DNA of 64,000 bases. Origin: a virus. Its lineage: Duplodnaviria; Caudoviricetes. Shown here piece by piece: positions 36,836 to 46,033 of the stretch. The notes beneath the pieces are model-generated. The model worked only from the letters and a program-made list of their open reading frames with translations. It did no database searches and had not been told where the DNA came from. The translations under genes and the position numbers were made by a program. The DNA lies in IMG/VR virus record IMGVR_UViG_3300045285_000115, positions 4,053 to 68,052 of that record. The stretch is one strand, 5' to 3'. Every line of letters starts with the position of its first letter. The stretch's first letter is position 1.

Positions 36836-37558
36836 TCACCTTGGGAAATATGCCGTTATTTGCGGCGCGAATTTCAGCGGCACGTTCTGGGTATCCTGAG
36901 TCGCCGCGATGGTGAAAGCCTTTTCCGCGTCCTTTTCCCGCGCTTGTTCAAATGCGATGCGGTCCGCCATCGGGGCGCCCTGCGGGGGATAAATCTTGGC
37001 CAACCGCGCCGCCAGCCCCGCCACCAGCGCATCGTTCCAGCGCCACGGCACGTCAGGGGTTTCGCCCGAAGCGAGATTGGCGTCCTGAATCTGGGTATAC
37101 GAATAATAATCCCAGGTGTAAGGCCCGTTGCCATCGGGCACCGGCCAGAAGGTCACAGTCGGGGCAATGAGACGGTCGAAAAAATAGACGGTCGGAGGAC
37201 CTGGTGTCTGCTGGTTCGCATAGGTCATGTACTCGGAATAGGAAATCGGCGTGATGTAGCGCCGCGATTCATTCGACTGTCCGAAGTTGAGCACGATCGA
37301 GGAATCGAGGATCATGATGGTTTTTGCTGGCACCAAATAGGTCGCGGTCCCTTGGGTCAAGGTTGTTTGTGTTCTATTTAATTCCCATAAGTTGACACCG
37401 CGATTCGACCATTCCGAAAACATGAAGTTGAGTTCGCGCCGCGCCGAAAGCATATGCTCGGAACGAATCGCCGGCCCGCGCACGTCGACGCGCTCGTAGG
37501 CGGCGAGCACGATTTCGCCGTTTGACGGCGAAAACGCATAGGTGCCGGAACTTGCCAT
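36836..37558 (-). CDS. head-tail connector protein
   Basis: MASSGTYAF...ARRELNFMFSEWSNRGVNLW; VTFWPVPD. Confidence 0.75.
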   Translation of the reverse strand: MASSGTYAFSPSNGEIVLAAYERVDVRGPAIRSEHMLSARRELNFMFSEWSNRGVNLWELNRTQTTLTQGTATYLVPAKTIMILDSSIVLNFGQSNESRRYITPISYSEYMTYANQQTPGPPTVYFFDRLIAPTVTFWPVPDGNGPYTWDYYSYTQIQDANLASGETPDVPWRWNDALVAGLAARLAKIYPPQGAPMADRIAFEQAREKDAEKAFTIAATQDTQNVPLKFAPQITAYFPR

Positions 37559-37570
37559 CTTGTTTGTTTT

Positions 37571-38260
37571 CTATCGTCGCCGCCGCGCCTGGATTACGCC
37601 ATAGACGCCCGCGGTCGAGCTAGTGAATTGCGCGTTGGTCACTAAAAATGCCGTCCCCGCCGTCGCGAACAGCATTTGTCCAAGCCCCGTCGGGCATCCC
37701 ATATCGCTTCCGCCGGTCAATCCGGCTCCGAGGGAGACTTGATTAAGTTGTCCCGTCGTTGCAGTTGGTAAGGTACTGGTCGAATTGACGCCCGCCTGGA
37801 TTTCCTTGACCACCGTCAAACTCGGGATCGTAATAAACACGGTGCCCCATACATCGTAATCGCCGGCAGTGAGGGGGATCGACACCACGCTGGTGACCGT
37901 GTTGGTGGCGAGTGCCAAGGCGGAACCGGCGGCGAGCGCCGATGAAATATACTGGCCGATGTTGCCGGCAACGGCCGCGGTATTCGAGGCAATTCCCGGT
38001 AACTGTCCGATGGCCGCGGTCGCAGCAGGTCCGGGCGTCACCCCGCCAATCGACGCCACGGTTATATTTGTTGTTCCGGCAACGCTTGAGAGATCACCCC
38101 CGAAGGCAGGCAGGAACGACGCGCCGAGTGTGGTTGTCCCATTGATCTTAACAACACTGATATTGGTTGTCCCCGCAACGCTTGACAAATCCCCGCCCAG
38201 CGCGGGCATCGCACTGGCAGACAGAGCCTGACTGGTATTGGTGCCGGTCGAGTCCGCCAT
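37571..38260 (-). CDS. structural protein
   Basis: 229 aa with tandem repeat PA(L/F)GGDLSSVAGTTNI. Confidence 0.7.
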   Translation of the reverse strand: MADSTGTNTSQALSASAMPALGGDLSSVAGTTNISVVKINGTTTLGASFLPAFGGDLSSVAGTTNITVASIGGVTPGPAATAAIGQLPGIASNTAAVAGNIGQYISSALAAGSALALATNTVTSVVSIPLTAGDYDVWGTVFITIPSLTVVKEIQAGVNSTSTLPTATTGQLNQVSLGAGLTGGSDMGCPTGLGQMLFATAGTAFLVTNAQFTSSTAGVYGVIQARRRR

Positions 38261-38261
38261 G

Positions 38262-38888
38262 TCATGGGCTCGCTAGGCCAGCCTGGATACCGGTCGCGCG
38301 CACGGTCCCTGTCCCGGAGTTGACCAGCAACCGCCATGCCGTGATTGGATCGTTCGAAGCGCCATCCAGATTCGAAGTCGTGGATACGACCGTCGGATGA
38401 TTGAACGCCTGCGGCACGCTCACGCCGGAAGGAAGATTATTGGGATCGTCATAGGTGTATTGGATGGAATAATTCGCCGACCCGCTTTGAATCACCACCC
38501 CATAGGCGATATTCACGGGGGCGGCGTTCCAATTCACGATCTGCCACAGACTCGCACCATTGCCGTTGGTGCCGATCGATACCGTGCCTGCGGTGCCGGT
38601 GAGCGCCGTGATGCGAATTAAGGTCTTGTAATCGAGTTGCGAATTCACCGTGCCGGTATTTGGACCGGTGATATTTTCCGTGATCGTCATGTTCGCGGCA
38701 TTGAGGCCGACGATCGTAAACGTATTGCCGGATTCGTTCCCCGCCACCGTGAAGCTGATGCGGCGCTGCTGGTCGAGCGTTGTCGTCGCCAAGGTGAAGT
38801 TGCCGGCCGCGATGGTGCCGACCGCGTTGACGATGTTGGTCGAGTTGAAAGCGGAAAGCGAATAGGTCACTACTTGTGGAGGCGCCAT
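38262..38888 (-). CDS. structural protein
   Basis: 208 aa beta-rich. Confidence 0.75.
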   Translation of the reverse strand: MAPPQVVTYSLSAFNSTNIVNAVGTIAAGNFTLATTTLDQQRRISFTVAGNESGNTFTIVGLNAANMTITENITGPNTGTVNSQLDYKTLIRITALTGTAGTVSIGTNGNGASLWQIVNWNAAPVNIAYGVVIQSGSANYSIQYTYDDPNNLPSGVSVPQAFNHPTVVSTTSNLDGASNDPITAWRLLVNSGTGTVRATGIQAGLASP

Positions 38889-38904
38889 GCGCGGCCTTTA
38901 TCTG

Positions 38905-39147
38905 TTAGTGGCGCGGCGCCCGATCCATTCTGTGGCGAACCGATCCGCCGTCTATTTTCCCGATCTCGGGATATTTTTTGTGAACTTTTGCGCGAACTTT
39001 CGCTTTCAGCGCCGCCGTTCCATGCTGCGAAACGCGCGCAAGAGCGTTACGCGCGTGACTCTTATCCTCGATTGGGTAGCTCCTATCCGGCCCCGCAAAC
39101 TCCTTCGCTGGCAGCGCGTTCCTTCGCTTGGCGTTGAGCCGCGCCAT
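38905..39147 (-). CDS. small basic conserved phage protein
   Basis: RNALPAKEFAGPDRSYPIEDKSHARNALAR. Confidence 0.75.
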   Translation of the reverse strand: MARLNAKRRNALPAKEFAGPDRSYPIEDKSHARNALARVSQHGTAALKAKVRAKVHKKYPEIGKIDGGSVRHRMDRAPRH

Positions 39148-39150
39148 CGC

Positions 39151-39501
39151 CTAGCTGCTCATCCCCCCTTCCTGGGTCTTGGGCGTGGATTCCGCGCCAT
39201 GGGAGCGATGCGCGGAAGTCAGCGGCGCCGAATCGGAGCCGACGCGACCGCCCGACTTGCGGCCAGGGCGATCGAGCCGCGGGCGCACCGCGCCGCCGGT
39301 CATCAGCCCCACGTTTTTCGTCACCGGTCCGCCCTTGGCGCGTTTCTTCTTGGCCTTGCCGCCGTGCTTGCGTTCCTCGGCTTCCTTGATCACGTTCGGG
39401 TTGCCCGAAGCGACCATGTGCTTCTCATGGCTTTCACCTCCGTGCTCCGCGCCGCCGCGCGCCTTGTGGTGCCTGCCGCCGTGCTTCTTGTGGTGTTTCA
39501 T
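39151..39501 (-). CDS. K/R/H-rich putative core protein
   Basis: multiple xxxGGxV motifs. Confidence 0.7.
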   Translation of the reverse strand: MKHHKKHGGRHHKARGGAEHGGESHEKHMVASGNPNVIKEAEERKHGGKAKKKRAKGGPVTKNVGLMTGGAVRPRLDRPGRKSGGRVGSDSAPLTSAHRSHGAESTPKTQEGGMSS

Positions 39502-39518
39502 GATTTAAGACCCTCCTA

Positions 39519-40808
39519 TCAGGTCGTGGACTGGGCGACACCGAACATCGGCACGATGTTGTTTGGTGTGGCGTAAACCATATTCCATACACCGACGTTC
39601 TGCATGACCGAAAGGCGCGCGGTGCCGTTCGATGGGGCGGCGGCAACCGAGGTGCCTAGTCCGCCGGTCGTGGATATCTGCACCGTACCGCGCGTATCGC
39701 CGGTGGTATTGGTCGCGGGCGAAGTTACTGCCGCAGTCGTGAAACCGTTGGCGTTGACCATCGCCGCATTATTCCAGACAATTTCCGTCTGCGCCCAAGT
39801 GTCGGCACGGATCGGAAACCCGAACGTATCGGCCAATCCTACCGAATAGGTGTTGCCCGTGGTCGGAATGGTCTGCTGCACCGACTGAAGAAATTTGAAC
39901 GCCTTCTTGCCGAAGGTCACAGTCGCGGACGTCGTCGCCGGCGACGTGATCAATTCCGTCATCAGGTTTCGGCGCACGTCGTAGCCTGTGACCAGGAACC
40001 CGATAGCCGTTGCCGTGCCGCCGGTCGTCAGCGACACCGACAGCGCCCGGCAGAGATTCTCGCGCGGGTTATGAATAGCCGCAATACCTGCCTGGATAAC
40101 CTTATGAAGGCTCACAGGGGTCACATTCGTCGGACCGAACTGGGTGCCGAGCGGAATAAGATTGGACCCAAACAGGTTGGCCTGCCCAATCGGCGCGTTG
40201 CCTAGTGTCGCGAGCGGCACCGGATTGACGTTAATGCCGGTCAGGTTCGAGGTTGAGATCGCCGTGACCTGGGTAATCAGCGAAGCGGTGTTTGCGGAAT
40301 TGCCGACGTTACCGATGACGATCCATTGGCCGAGCGACAATTGCGTGTTATCGGCGCAATTGACCGTCGATGAATTTGCCGTAGTGGTGCCGGTGGTGAA
40401 GCCGAAGTCAATCGCGATGACGCTTTTAACGCTGGTCGTACCCTGAGGCACGATCGGCACGGCGACGGCAATCGATGGATTGCCCGCATTTGCGCCCGCA
40501 ACACCGACGGTTGCGAGCGCCATCGAGGCATTCGCAGTCAGAAGCGACGCCTGAACGGCGGCGATTACGTTCGTTGCCGATGCCTGCGGGGCGTTATCCA
40601 CCGTCCAGAACGAGGAATGCAGATAAGCGTCCTGGCGGCCGGGCAGCAGCCCATCCTTAACGAAGGGAAAATCCTGCAAGTCAAGGACGCCATAGCCCTG
40701 ATAGGACAGCATCGGGCCATCCATAGGTTCGATGGTCGCAGCAGTACCGCTCTGCTGTTCCATCGCACCCATGTTGCTGATGGGGCCGCGGAAGTTGGTG
40801 TCAGCCAT
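39519..40808 (-). CDS. structural protein
   Basis: 429 aa from MADTNFRGP; directly after capsid module. Confidence 0.75.
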   Translation of the reverse strand: MADTNFRGPISNMGAMEQQSGTAATIEPMDGPMLSYQGYGVLDLQDFPFVKDGLLPGRQDAYLHSSFWTVDNAPQASATNVIAAVQASLLTANASMALATVGVAGANAGNPSIAVAVPIVPQGTTSVKSVIAIDFGFTTGTTTANSSTVNCADNTQLSLGQWIVIGNVGNSANTASLITQVTAISTSNLTGINVNPVPLATLGNAPIGQANLFGSNLIPLGTQFGPTNVTPVSLHKVIQAGIAAIHNPRENLCRALSVSLTTGGTATAIGFLVTGYDVRRNLMTELITSPATTSATVTFGKKAFKFLQSVQQTIPTTGNTYSVGLADTFGFPIRADTWAQTEIVWNNAAMVNANGFTTAAVTSPATNTTGDTRGTVQISTTGGLGTSVAAAPSNGTARLSVMQNVGVWNMVYATPNNIVPMFGVAQSTT

Positions 40809-41631
40809 GGCCAACGGCCTCCTGATATCTCGGGTCGTCATCGTCAAAGACAGTGAGCCGGTCGATATATCTCATCGCACCACGAAAGACGTGTTGGAGT
40901 TTTTTCTTATCTGTATCCACCTGTAGCATCAAACCGTAACACCAAATGCACAGGATACCTCGCGGCTTGCCGAGACGCGTCCTGTCGCGCCGAATATCGC
41001 CAGGGCCGCGCGCCCCCTCTGCGCCACAGCACTCGCACTTGGCTTCATACTCCTGCGCTAAGTAGTTGGGACGCGCAGGCACTACTTCCGGCGCGTGGGC
41101 AAAATCACCGTGGATTTCCTTGGCGGCCTTCTCATAAGCAGCCTGGGCATCGGCTGCATGAGAGAAATACCCAAGGTAGTGCCGCTTGCCCGCGAAGTGG
41201 ATACGCGCGACGTATCCAGTCCCGTGGGGGAATACTCCGCGCGACGGGGCGATTGTACGCCGGCTGGTGTCGCGACGCGCAGCGTTTTGCGCAGCGGTAC
41301 AAATTCGCAGATTATCGATAGCGTTGTTCGTCCGGTCGCCATCGATGTGATCGAGTGAATCCGACGGCCATTCGCCGTAGTGATAAAGCCACGCCAAACG
41401 ATGTGCGTAGTAAACAGTGTTGTTCACCTTCATCGTCAGGTAGGCGTTACCCTTCGTCCACAATCGACTCCCAAGCGGCTTCCCAACGGTGCGCCCAAAC
41501 CCGGGTTTTTTCCACATGAATACCCCGGTGTCCGAGGCGTAATCCATATTCGCACGCAGCCACGCGACGGTGAGCGTCGAATTCCGTTCTTTCGGTGTCA
41601 TGGCGGTTGTAACTCCCATGGTTGAGGCCAT
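40801..41631 (-). CDS. HNH-AP2 homing endonuclease with extra C-terminal Zn domain
   Basis: AHRLAW...DHIDGDRTNNAIDNLR; ARIHFAGKRHYLGYF (AP2); CECC...RGILCIWC. Confidence 0.85.
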   Translation of the reverse strand: MASTMGVTTAMTPKERNSTLTVAWLRANMDYASDTGVFMWKKPGFGRTVGKPLGSRLWTKGNAYLTMKVNNTVYYAHRLAWLYHYGEWPSDSLDHIDGDRTNNAIDNLRICTAAQNAARRDTSRRTIAPSRGVFPHGTGYVARIHFAGKRHYLGYFSHAADAQAAYEKAAKEIHGDFAHAPEVVPARPNYLAQEYEAKCECCGAEGARGPGDIRRDRTRLGKPRGILCIWCYGLMLQVDTDKKKLQHVFRGAMRYIDRLTVFDDDDPRYQEAVGHG

Positions 41632-41722
41632 CAGTATGGCCCCTTCCGGGAATTTGTCAACCGCGAAGTTGGTGTACGAACGGTACACTTTTGGAAGCTC
41701 CGTCGATTTCCTTGCTAAGTCC

Positions 41723-42637
41723 TTACGATGTCGGCGTTTCCCACCAGAGAGCGCGCGGATCGTTGTACCCAAAACTGTAACGTTCATAGGCCTTGACAAG
41801 AAGATTGTCCGTGACGTTATCAACCCATAAATCGCTCTCGTATGGAATTCTCAACATATGTATTAGCCCATCGATATTCGTCGTCAGTCCCCACGCGAAG
41901 TTGGAGGTCAAGAAGTCGAGCACGATGAAGCCTTCCGGCAGGCCGCCCGAGAGCGTGAGGATGGCGTTGACATCGTTCTCGGCCGTGCCGGGGCGAAGCT
42001 CGGTCTTGGTCAGCCGGATGGCGATGCCTTCGAGATTCGGCGGCACGATCAGCCGGCGGCCGCGCGAGAGAATGCGCAGGCCGCGCTCGTTGACGAACTG
42101 CGTGCGCACGTTCGTCATGTTGGCGAGCAGGGTCGATTCGTTGAGCGACTTCGGGGTGGACGAGGTATTGGCCCAAGTGCCGCCGTCGTAAGGATGAGCG
42201 GTCGAGGCGAGCGCGACGCCATCGCCGATCACCGAGGTATTGTAGGTGGTCGCGAGGTTGAGGATGTTGGCACCCTGGATTTCCTTGAACTGGGCGAAGG
42301 CTTCTTGCAGTTTCAGGTTGGTTGGGTTGAACTGCGCCTTGTAGATATTGTCGTCGATTGCCTTGCGGGTGATGGCGTAGCCGAGCGCGACTTCGACATG
42401 CACGAACGCCCAGGTGAAGCGCTCGCCGGCGTTGTTGTCGAACTGGGTGGCAGCGCCTTCGTCCTTGAGTTGGGGAAGGCCGACGAACGCCATCTGGGTC
42501 GAGCGTTCGACCGCCAACTTAGACGTGTGAGTTGAAAATACCTTGTCCCACTGACGGGGAATCATTTCGTACGAACCGCGTACGTCGAACAACCCTGGGA
42601 GGAGTTCCGAGCGGATGTTAGCTAGAGCAATGGGCAC
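41723..42637 (-). CDS. major capsid protein (GpT-like family)
   Basis: 304 aa, strongest codon bias, GLPQLKDEG, LIVPPNL, ERYSFGYNDPR. Confidence 0.85.
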   Translation of the reverse strand: MPIALANIRSELLPGLFDVRGSYEMIPRQWDKVFSTHTSKLAVERSTQMAFVGLPQLKDEGAATQFDNNAGERFTWAFVHVEVALGYAITRKAIDDNIYKAQFNPTNLKLQEAFAQFKEIQGANILNLATTYNTSVIGDGVALASTAHPYDGGTWANTSSTPKSLNESTLLANMTNVRTQFVNERGLRILSRGRRLIVPPNLEGIAIRLTKTELRPGTAENDVNAILTLSGGLPEGFIVLDFLTSNFAWGLTTNIDGLIHMLRIPYESDLWVDNVTDNLLVKAYERYSFGYNDPRALWWETPTS

Positions 42638-42751
42638 GACTTACCCTCCTATGGGTTGAAGGGCGGGCGCTGTCGTGCTACGAATAGCGAACCCGCCGAG
42701 CGTTCGAGCGCGCGACGGGTTCTTGATCACCGATCCGCCTAACCCGGAAGG

Positions 42752-43312
42752 ATGACCCGCCGCATGACTACCACAGCCGTTGAAGAATGGCGACCCGTTC
42801 ACGTCACCGAACTGGTGGGACTCTACGAAGTCAGTGACCTTGGCCGCGTCCGAAGTCTTGACCGAATACGCCCCGGCCGGCTGAGGCCGCGCAGGGTTGA
42901 CGGAAAAGTGTTGTGGCCCGCAACCCACCGCCTGGGGTATCGTCATGTGAATTTGTTCGCGGGAAGCTTCAAAAAGACATTTCTCGTTCACCGACTGGTA
43001 GCTTTTGCATTTATCCCAAATCCCAAGCATCTTCCCTTCGTCAACCACATCGACGGCATGAAGGGGAACAACGCGGCCGCAAATCTTGAGTGGGTTGATG
43101 ACCAAGGAAACAGACAGCACGCCATCGATATCGGGCGCATTACTATGTACAGCAAACTTCTCTCGCCCGACGAAGTTGCTGGAATCCGTCGTCTCGCCGG
43201 CACCATAAGCCAAATGGCAATCGCCCGCATGTTCGGCACGACCCAGACCAACGTGTCCCTGATCGTTCGCGGGTTGCATCACAAGGCTATGGGTGATCGA
43301 AAGCACCAGTAG
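42752..43312 (+). CDS. NUMOD4-HNH homing endonuclease with C-terminal HTH
   Basis: EEWRPV...YEVSDLGRVRS; VHRLVAFAF; VNHIDGMKGNNAAANLEW; antisense to head operon; start may be 42764. Confidence 0.9.
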   Translation: MTRRMTTTAVEEWRPVHVTELVGLYEVSDLGRVRSLDRIRPGRLRPRRVDGKVLWPATHRLGYRHVNLFAGSFKKTFLVHRLVAFAFIPNPKHLPFVNHIDGMKGNNAAANLEWVDDQGNRQHAIDIGRITMYSKLLSPDEVAGIRRLAGTISQMAIARMFGTTQTNVSLIVRGLHHKAMGDRKHQ

Positions 43313-43318
43313 CTCCGA

Positions 43319-43924
43319 TCAGGCGCCGAAGTTCGAGCGCATCAGTTGATTGTTGAAGCCGACCACGACCCAGTTGAAGGGCGTGGTGGGATCGGAACCG
43401 TTGCCGATGCCCTGGTAGAGCCCGACGATGCGGAACGGCATGGTGGTGGCGCCGGCGCCCGAGGTGACGGTCGACTGATCGATGGTGAAGGCCGAGAACG
43501 CCCCGCCAGTGGTGGCGCCGACGGCGGTGGAAAAGTTCGCCACTTGGCCGATGTTTGCTGAGGTGATGGCCGTGTTGGCAGCGGCAACAAGAAAGACCGC
43601 GTTGGGAGCATCGATAACGTAGGCGGTGGCGTTCTGCGCCGCACCCGATCCGGGATAAAACGGCGACCATGTGGGCGGTCCACCCGAAGTCGGGATGAAC
43701 ATGCACCCTTGGAAGATGCCGACGATCGGGGCGGTGGTGGCCAAGGAAGGGGTTGAGGGAATGATGAATGGGGACGTGGAGTTCGTATATTGCACCACGT
43801 CGCCGAAGCAGATGCTGGTCGCGAGCGCCGACGCGATGGCGTAGTGGGAGAGTTGGTAATCCGGGGCACCGCCGGCCAGATACGCCTGGTGCTTGAACCC
43901 GAATTGCGCTTGGGAATTGGCCAT
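43319..43924 (-). CDS. head decoration/cement protein
   Basis: MANSQAQFGFK...GIFQGC...VIDAPNAVF; precedes capsid. Confidence 0.75.
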   Translation of the reverse strand: MANSQAQFGFKHQAYLAGGAPDYQLSHYAIASALATSICFGDVVQYTNSTSPFIIPSTPSLATTAPIVGIFQGCMFIPTSGGPPTWSPFYPGSGAAQNATAYVIDAPNAVFLVAAANTAITSANIGQVANFSTAVGATTGGAFSAFTIDQSTVTSGAGATTMPFRIVGLYQGIGNGSDPTTPFNWVVVGFNNQLMRSNFGA

Positions 43925-44144
43925 GCCGGATCGTCTCCGGGCTGTGGCTTCGTTCTTCGCCGGCGCGGCGAATATGAATGCCGGGGAGAAGGCGCCTGCG
44001 GCGTGCGGCGCGGTCAAATGCCGATAATGAAAAACGCGCGCGTGGCGTTCTATCGGCCGATGCTCGACCCGATTCGGCGCGAATCAGGGAACGTGACGAG
44101 GATTAGGAAGCGGTAAGGTGATTCGTGTCAAGTGGGGAATACGT

Positions 44145-44282
44145 TCAAGGGACCCAATGTGCGATCCAGACCTCGTGGGCCGCGAGAACCATGCACATGA
44201 GGCAAAAGCCCAGCACAAAGGCCAGCGACCGGCGAATGAACCATTCGGGGACAAACTCGCCGAGAAGTTCCAACAGGTTCAT
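44145..44282 (-). CDS. small membrane protein
   Basis: 45 aa, one TM. Confidence 0.45.
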   Translation of the reverse strand: MNLLELLGEFVPEWFIRRSLAFVLGFCLMCMVLAAHEVWIAHWVP

Positions 44283-44283
44283 G

Positions 44284-44478
44284 TCAGCACCCACGACAGA
44301 TGGGGTTGGGCGGCGGCGGGTAGGGCGGCAGCGGGTCGACTTGCGACTTTCGTGGCGGTGCGGGCTGCTCAACAGGTGGGGGCCGCAGATGTCGAATCTG
44401 GCGCCTCGGTTGTTCGTCGCATCCGACCAGTATCAAAGCTACCCCCAGCGCGGTTAGCCGCGCACCAGTACGTTCCAC
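44284..44478 (-). CDS. Pro-rich lipoprotein (o-spanin-like)
   Basis: GTG start, lipobox LVGC, Pro-rich tail. Confidence 0.45.
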   Translation of the reverse strand: MERTGARLTALGVALILVGCDEQPRRQIRHLRPPPVEQPAPPRKSQVDPLPPYPPPPNPICRGC

Positions 44479-44636
44479 GGGGCGCCGAAGGCGTGCCCGC
44501 CAAGGATCGCTACGAGAACCCATAGCCAGAACCATCCTCCAGCGACCCACCAAGCAGGGCGGTCGTTCCACCATGGCCACGCCGTGAAGATGACGCACAG
44601 CACGTAGATGAACCAGAACCAGAAGCCGATGCTCAT
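44454..44636 (-). CDS. small Trp-rich membrane protein
   Basis: MSIGFWFWFIYVLCVIF; 2 TM. Confidence 0.6.
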   Translation of the reverse strand: MSIGFWFWFIYVLCVIFTAWPWWNDRPAWWVAGGWFWLWVLVAILGGHAFGAPWNVLVRG

Positions 44637-44785
44637 AGCCTGCCTCCGAGTAGTAGGAAGAGCAGAAGCACGATCAGGATGACGCCGACGATACCGAGGC
44701 CGCTGCCGCCAATATGGCCACCATAAAAACCAAACCCGCCGCCGAACAGCAGCAGAATAATCAGGATCAGAAGGATGAGGCTCAT
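44633..44785 (-). CDS. DUF3309-like small membrane protein
   Basis: MSLILLILIILLLFGGGFGFYGG...GIVGVILIVLLLFLLLG. Confidence 0.65.
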   Translation of the reverse strand: MSLILLILIILLLFGGGFGFYGGHIGGSGLGIVGVILIVLLLFLLLGGRL

Positions 44786-45073
44786 GGCCTATTTCAGATG
44801 GCGAGCGCAATCATGTGCGCCTCCTTTGGGCGATTCGCGGATCATCATAGCATAAAACAACGGTTCGCTCGCGGGCCGGGCGCTATTCCGACTATCCTAT
44901 TGGCACATAACAAGCTATGCGCGTTAGCTACTCGCGCCAGCCGATTAGAGGAGCCAACCAACATTCCGGGTTATCAGCCCGGACTCTGCGGCACTTCCCG
45001 AGTTCTAGAACCATCGGTTCGTTGCGTGTCTGCTTTCCACGCCGCCGCGAGCGAAGGGGGAGAATAGCGCGAA

Positions 45074-45364
45074 TCACGCCGCCTTGGCAACAGGCTCCGC
45101 CTTCTTGTGCGGAGCCGCCAGCGCGAACGGGCGCGGGGCCGCATCGTCCCATTTGGCGAGATACGGGATGCCGGGGGCTTCGAGCACCGGGGCGGCATGC
45201 CAGCCGACGATCAGGAGGTCCAAGGTCGCGGAATGGCCGGGTTTGTCACCCTTGGCTTTTGCCGCCGGGTGTACGTCCATGACGATCGCCGGATAGGCTT
45301 TGTCGGGTTCATCGGTGCCCAGCGGATAGACGAATACGATGGCGCCAGCATGGGGATCGGACAT
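45074..45364 (-). CDS. hypothetical protein
   Basis: 96 aa, AAGGAGA RBS. Confidence 0.7.
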   Translation of the reverse strand: MSDPHAGAIVFVYPLGTDEPDKAYPAIVMDVHPAAKAKGDKPGHSATLDLLIVGWHAAPVLEAPGIPYLAKWDDAAPRPFALAAPHKKAEPVAKAA

Positions 45365-45437
45365 GGGGAGTCTCCTTGGGGTTTATAGGGAGGAACGCGC
45401 AGGAAGGTAAAAGGTTGCAGGCGAAGGAAGATTTAAG

Positions 45438-45486
45438 GTTTGGTTCATGAGGGACAGGAGCGTGGGGAGGGCGCGGGGCGGTCACC
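45438..45486 (-). repeat. bipartite intergenic repeat copy (left arm)
   Basis: GTTTGGTTCATGA-N28-CGGTCACC. Confidence 0.8.
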
Positions 45487-45519
45487 CAAGTGCCCGGAAG
45501 GGAAGCGGAAAATCAGGTA

Positions 45520-45966
45520 TCACCGGCTCGTAATGACCATCAGGCCGCTGCGATTACTTCCCGGCGTCGCTATTTGCTTGTGCAGCGCCGTCATGTCGGG
45601 AAACTCGACGCGCTCACGTCCTTCATAGATTTTGTCGCCAAGCTCGTCCTCGTCAGGCATCAGCTCATCGCACGGGAAGTAGAACTCAGTCGGATAGCCA
45701 GTCGCTTCCCAACATTTCCCGTCAAAAAACCAATAGGAGCAGTAGGTCGTGTCGCTAGTGTCCCATGGCCACGGCCAGCCCTGCTCAGGGAACGTCGCGT
45801 CGTCGCGCTTCTTCAAAAAGACCTCGACCGCCTTCCGATAATTGGCCTCGGTCTTTGCTTTGAGGATGTAGCCCGCGATGCCATCGCGGTAACCGTCCCA
45901 AGCAATCGAGCCGATCCATTCGGCGGCGCTGCCTTTACCAACGTAGAAATCTGCTCTCGTTCCCAT
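45520..45966 (-). CDS. hypothetical protein bracketed by inverted repeats
   Basis: 148 aa MGTRADFYVGKG...WIGSIAWDGY. Confidence 0.8.
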   Translation of the reverse strand: MGTRADFYVGKGSAAEWIGSIAWDGYRDGIAGYILKAKTEANYRKAVEVFLKKRDDATFPEQGWPWPWDTSDTTYCSYWFFDGKCWEATGYPTEFYFPCDELMPDEDELGDKIYEGRERVEFPDMTALHKQIATPGSNRSGLMVITSR

Positions 45967-46010
45967 TGTGCTTATCCTATAGTTGGTAACTCACCGTTTG
46001 CCGCATCACA

Positions 46011-46029
46011 CTCTCATGAACCAAACCTT
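46011..46029 (+). repeat. half copy of repeat (outer box only)
   Basis: CTCATGAACCAAACCTT is a perfect 17-bp IR of 45435-45451. Confidence 0.7.
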
Positions 46030-46033
46030 CGCT

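Noticed and set aside
40801-41823. 340-aa ORF overlapping the capsid 3-prime end, or an intron-split capsid
   Set aside because: The capsid ORF is intact to its own stop; the endonuclease more plausibly starts at 41631 with an RBS.
42641-43306. 221-aa minus-strand ORF
   Set aside because: Antisense shadow of the clear NUMOD4-HNH gene; no recognisable motifs.
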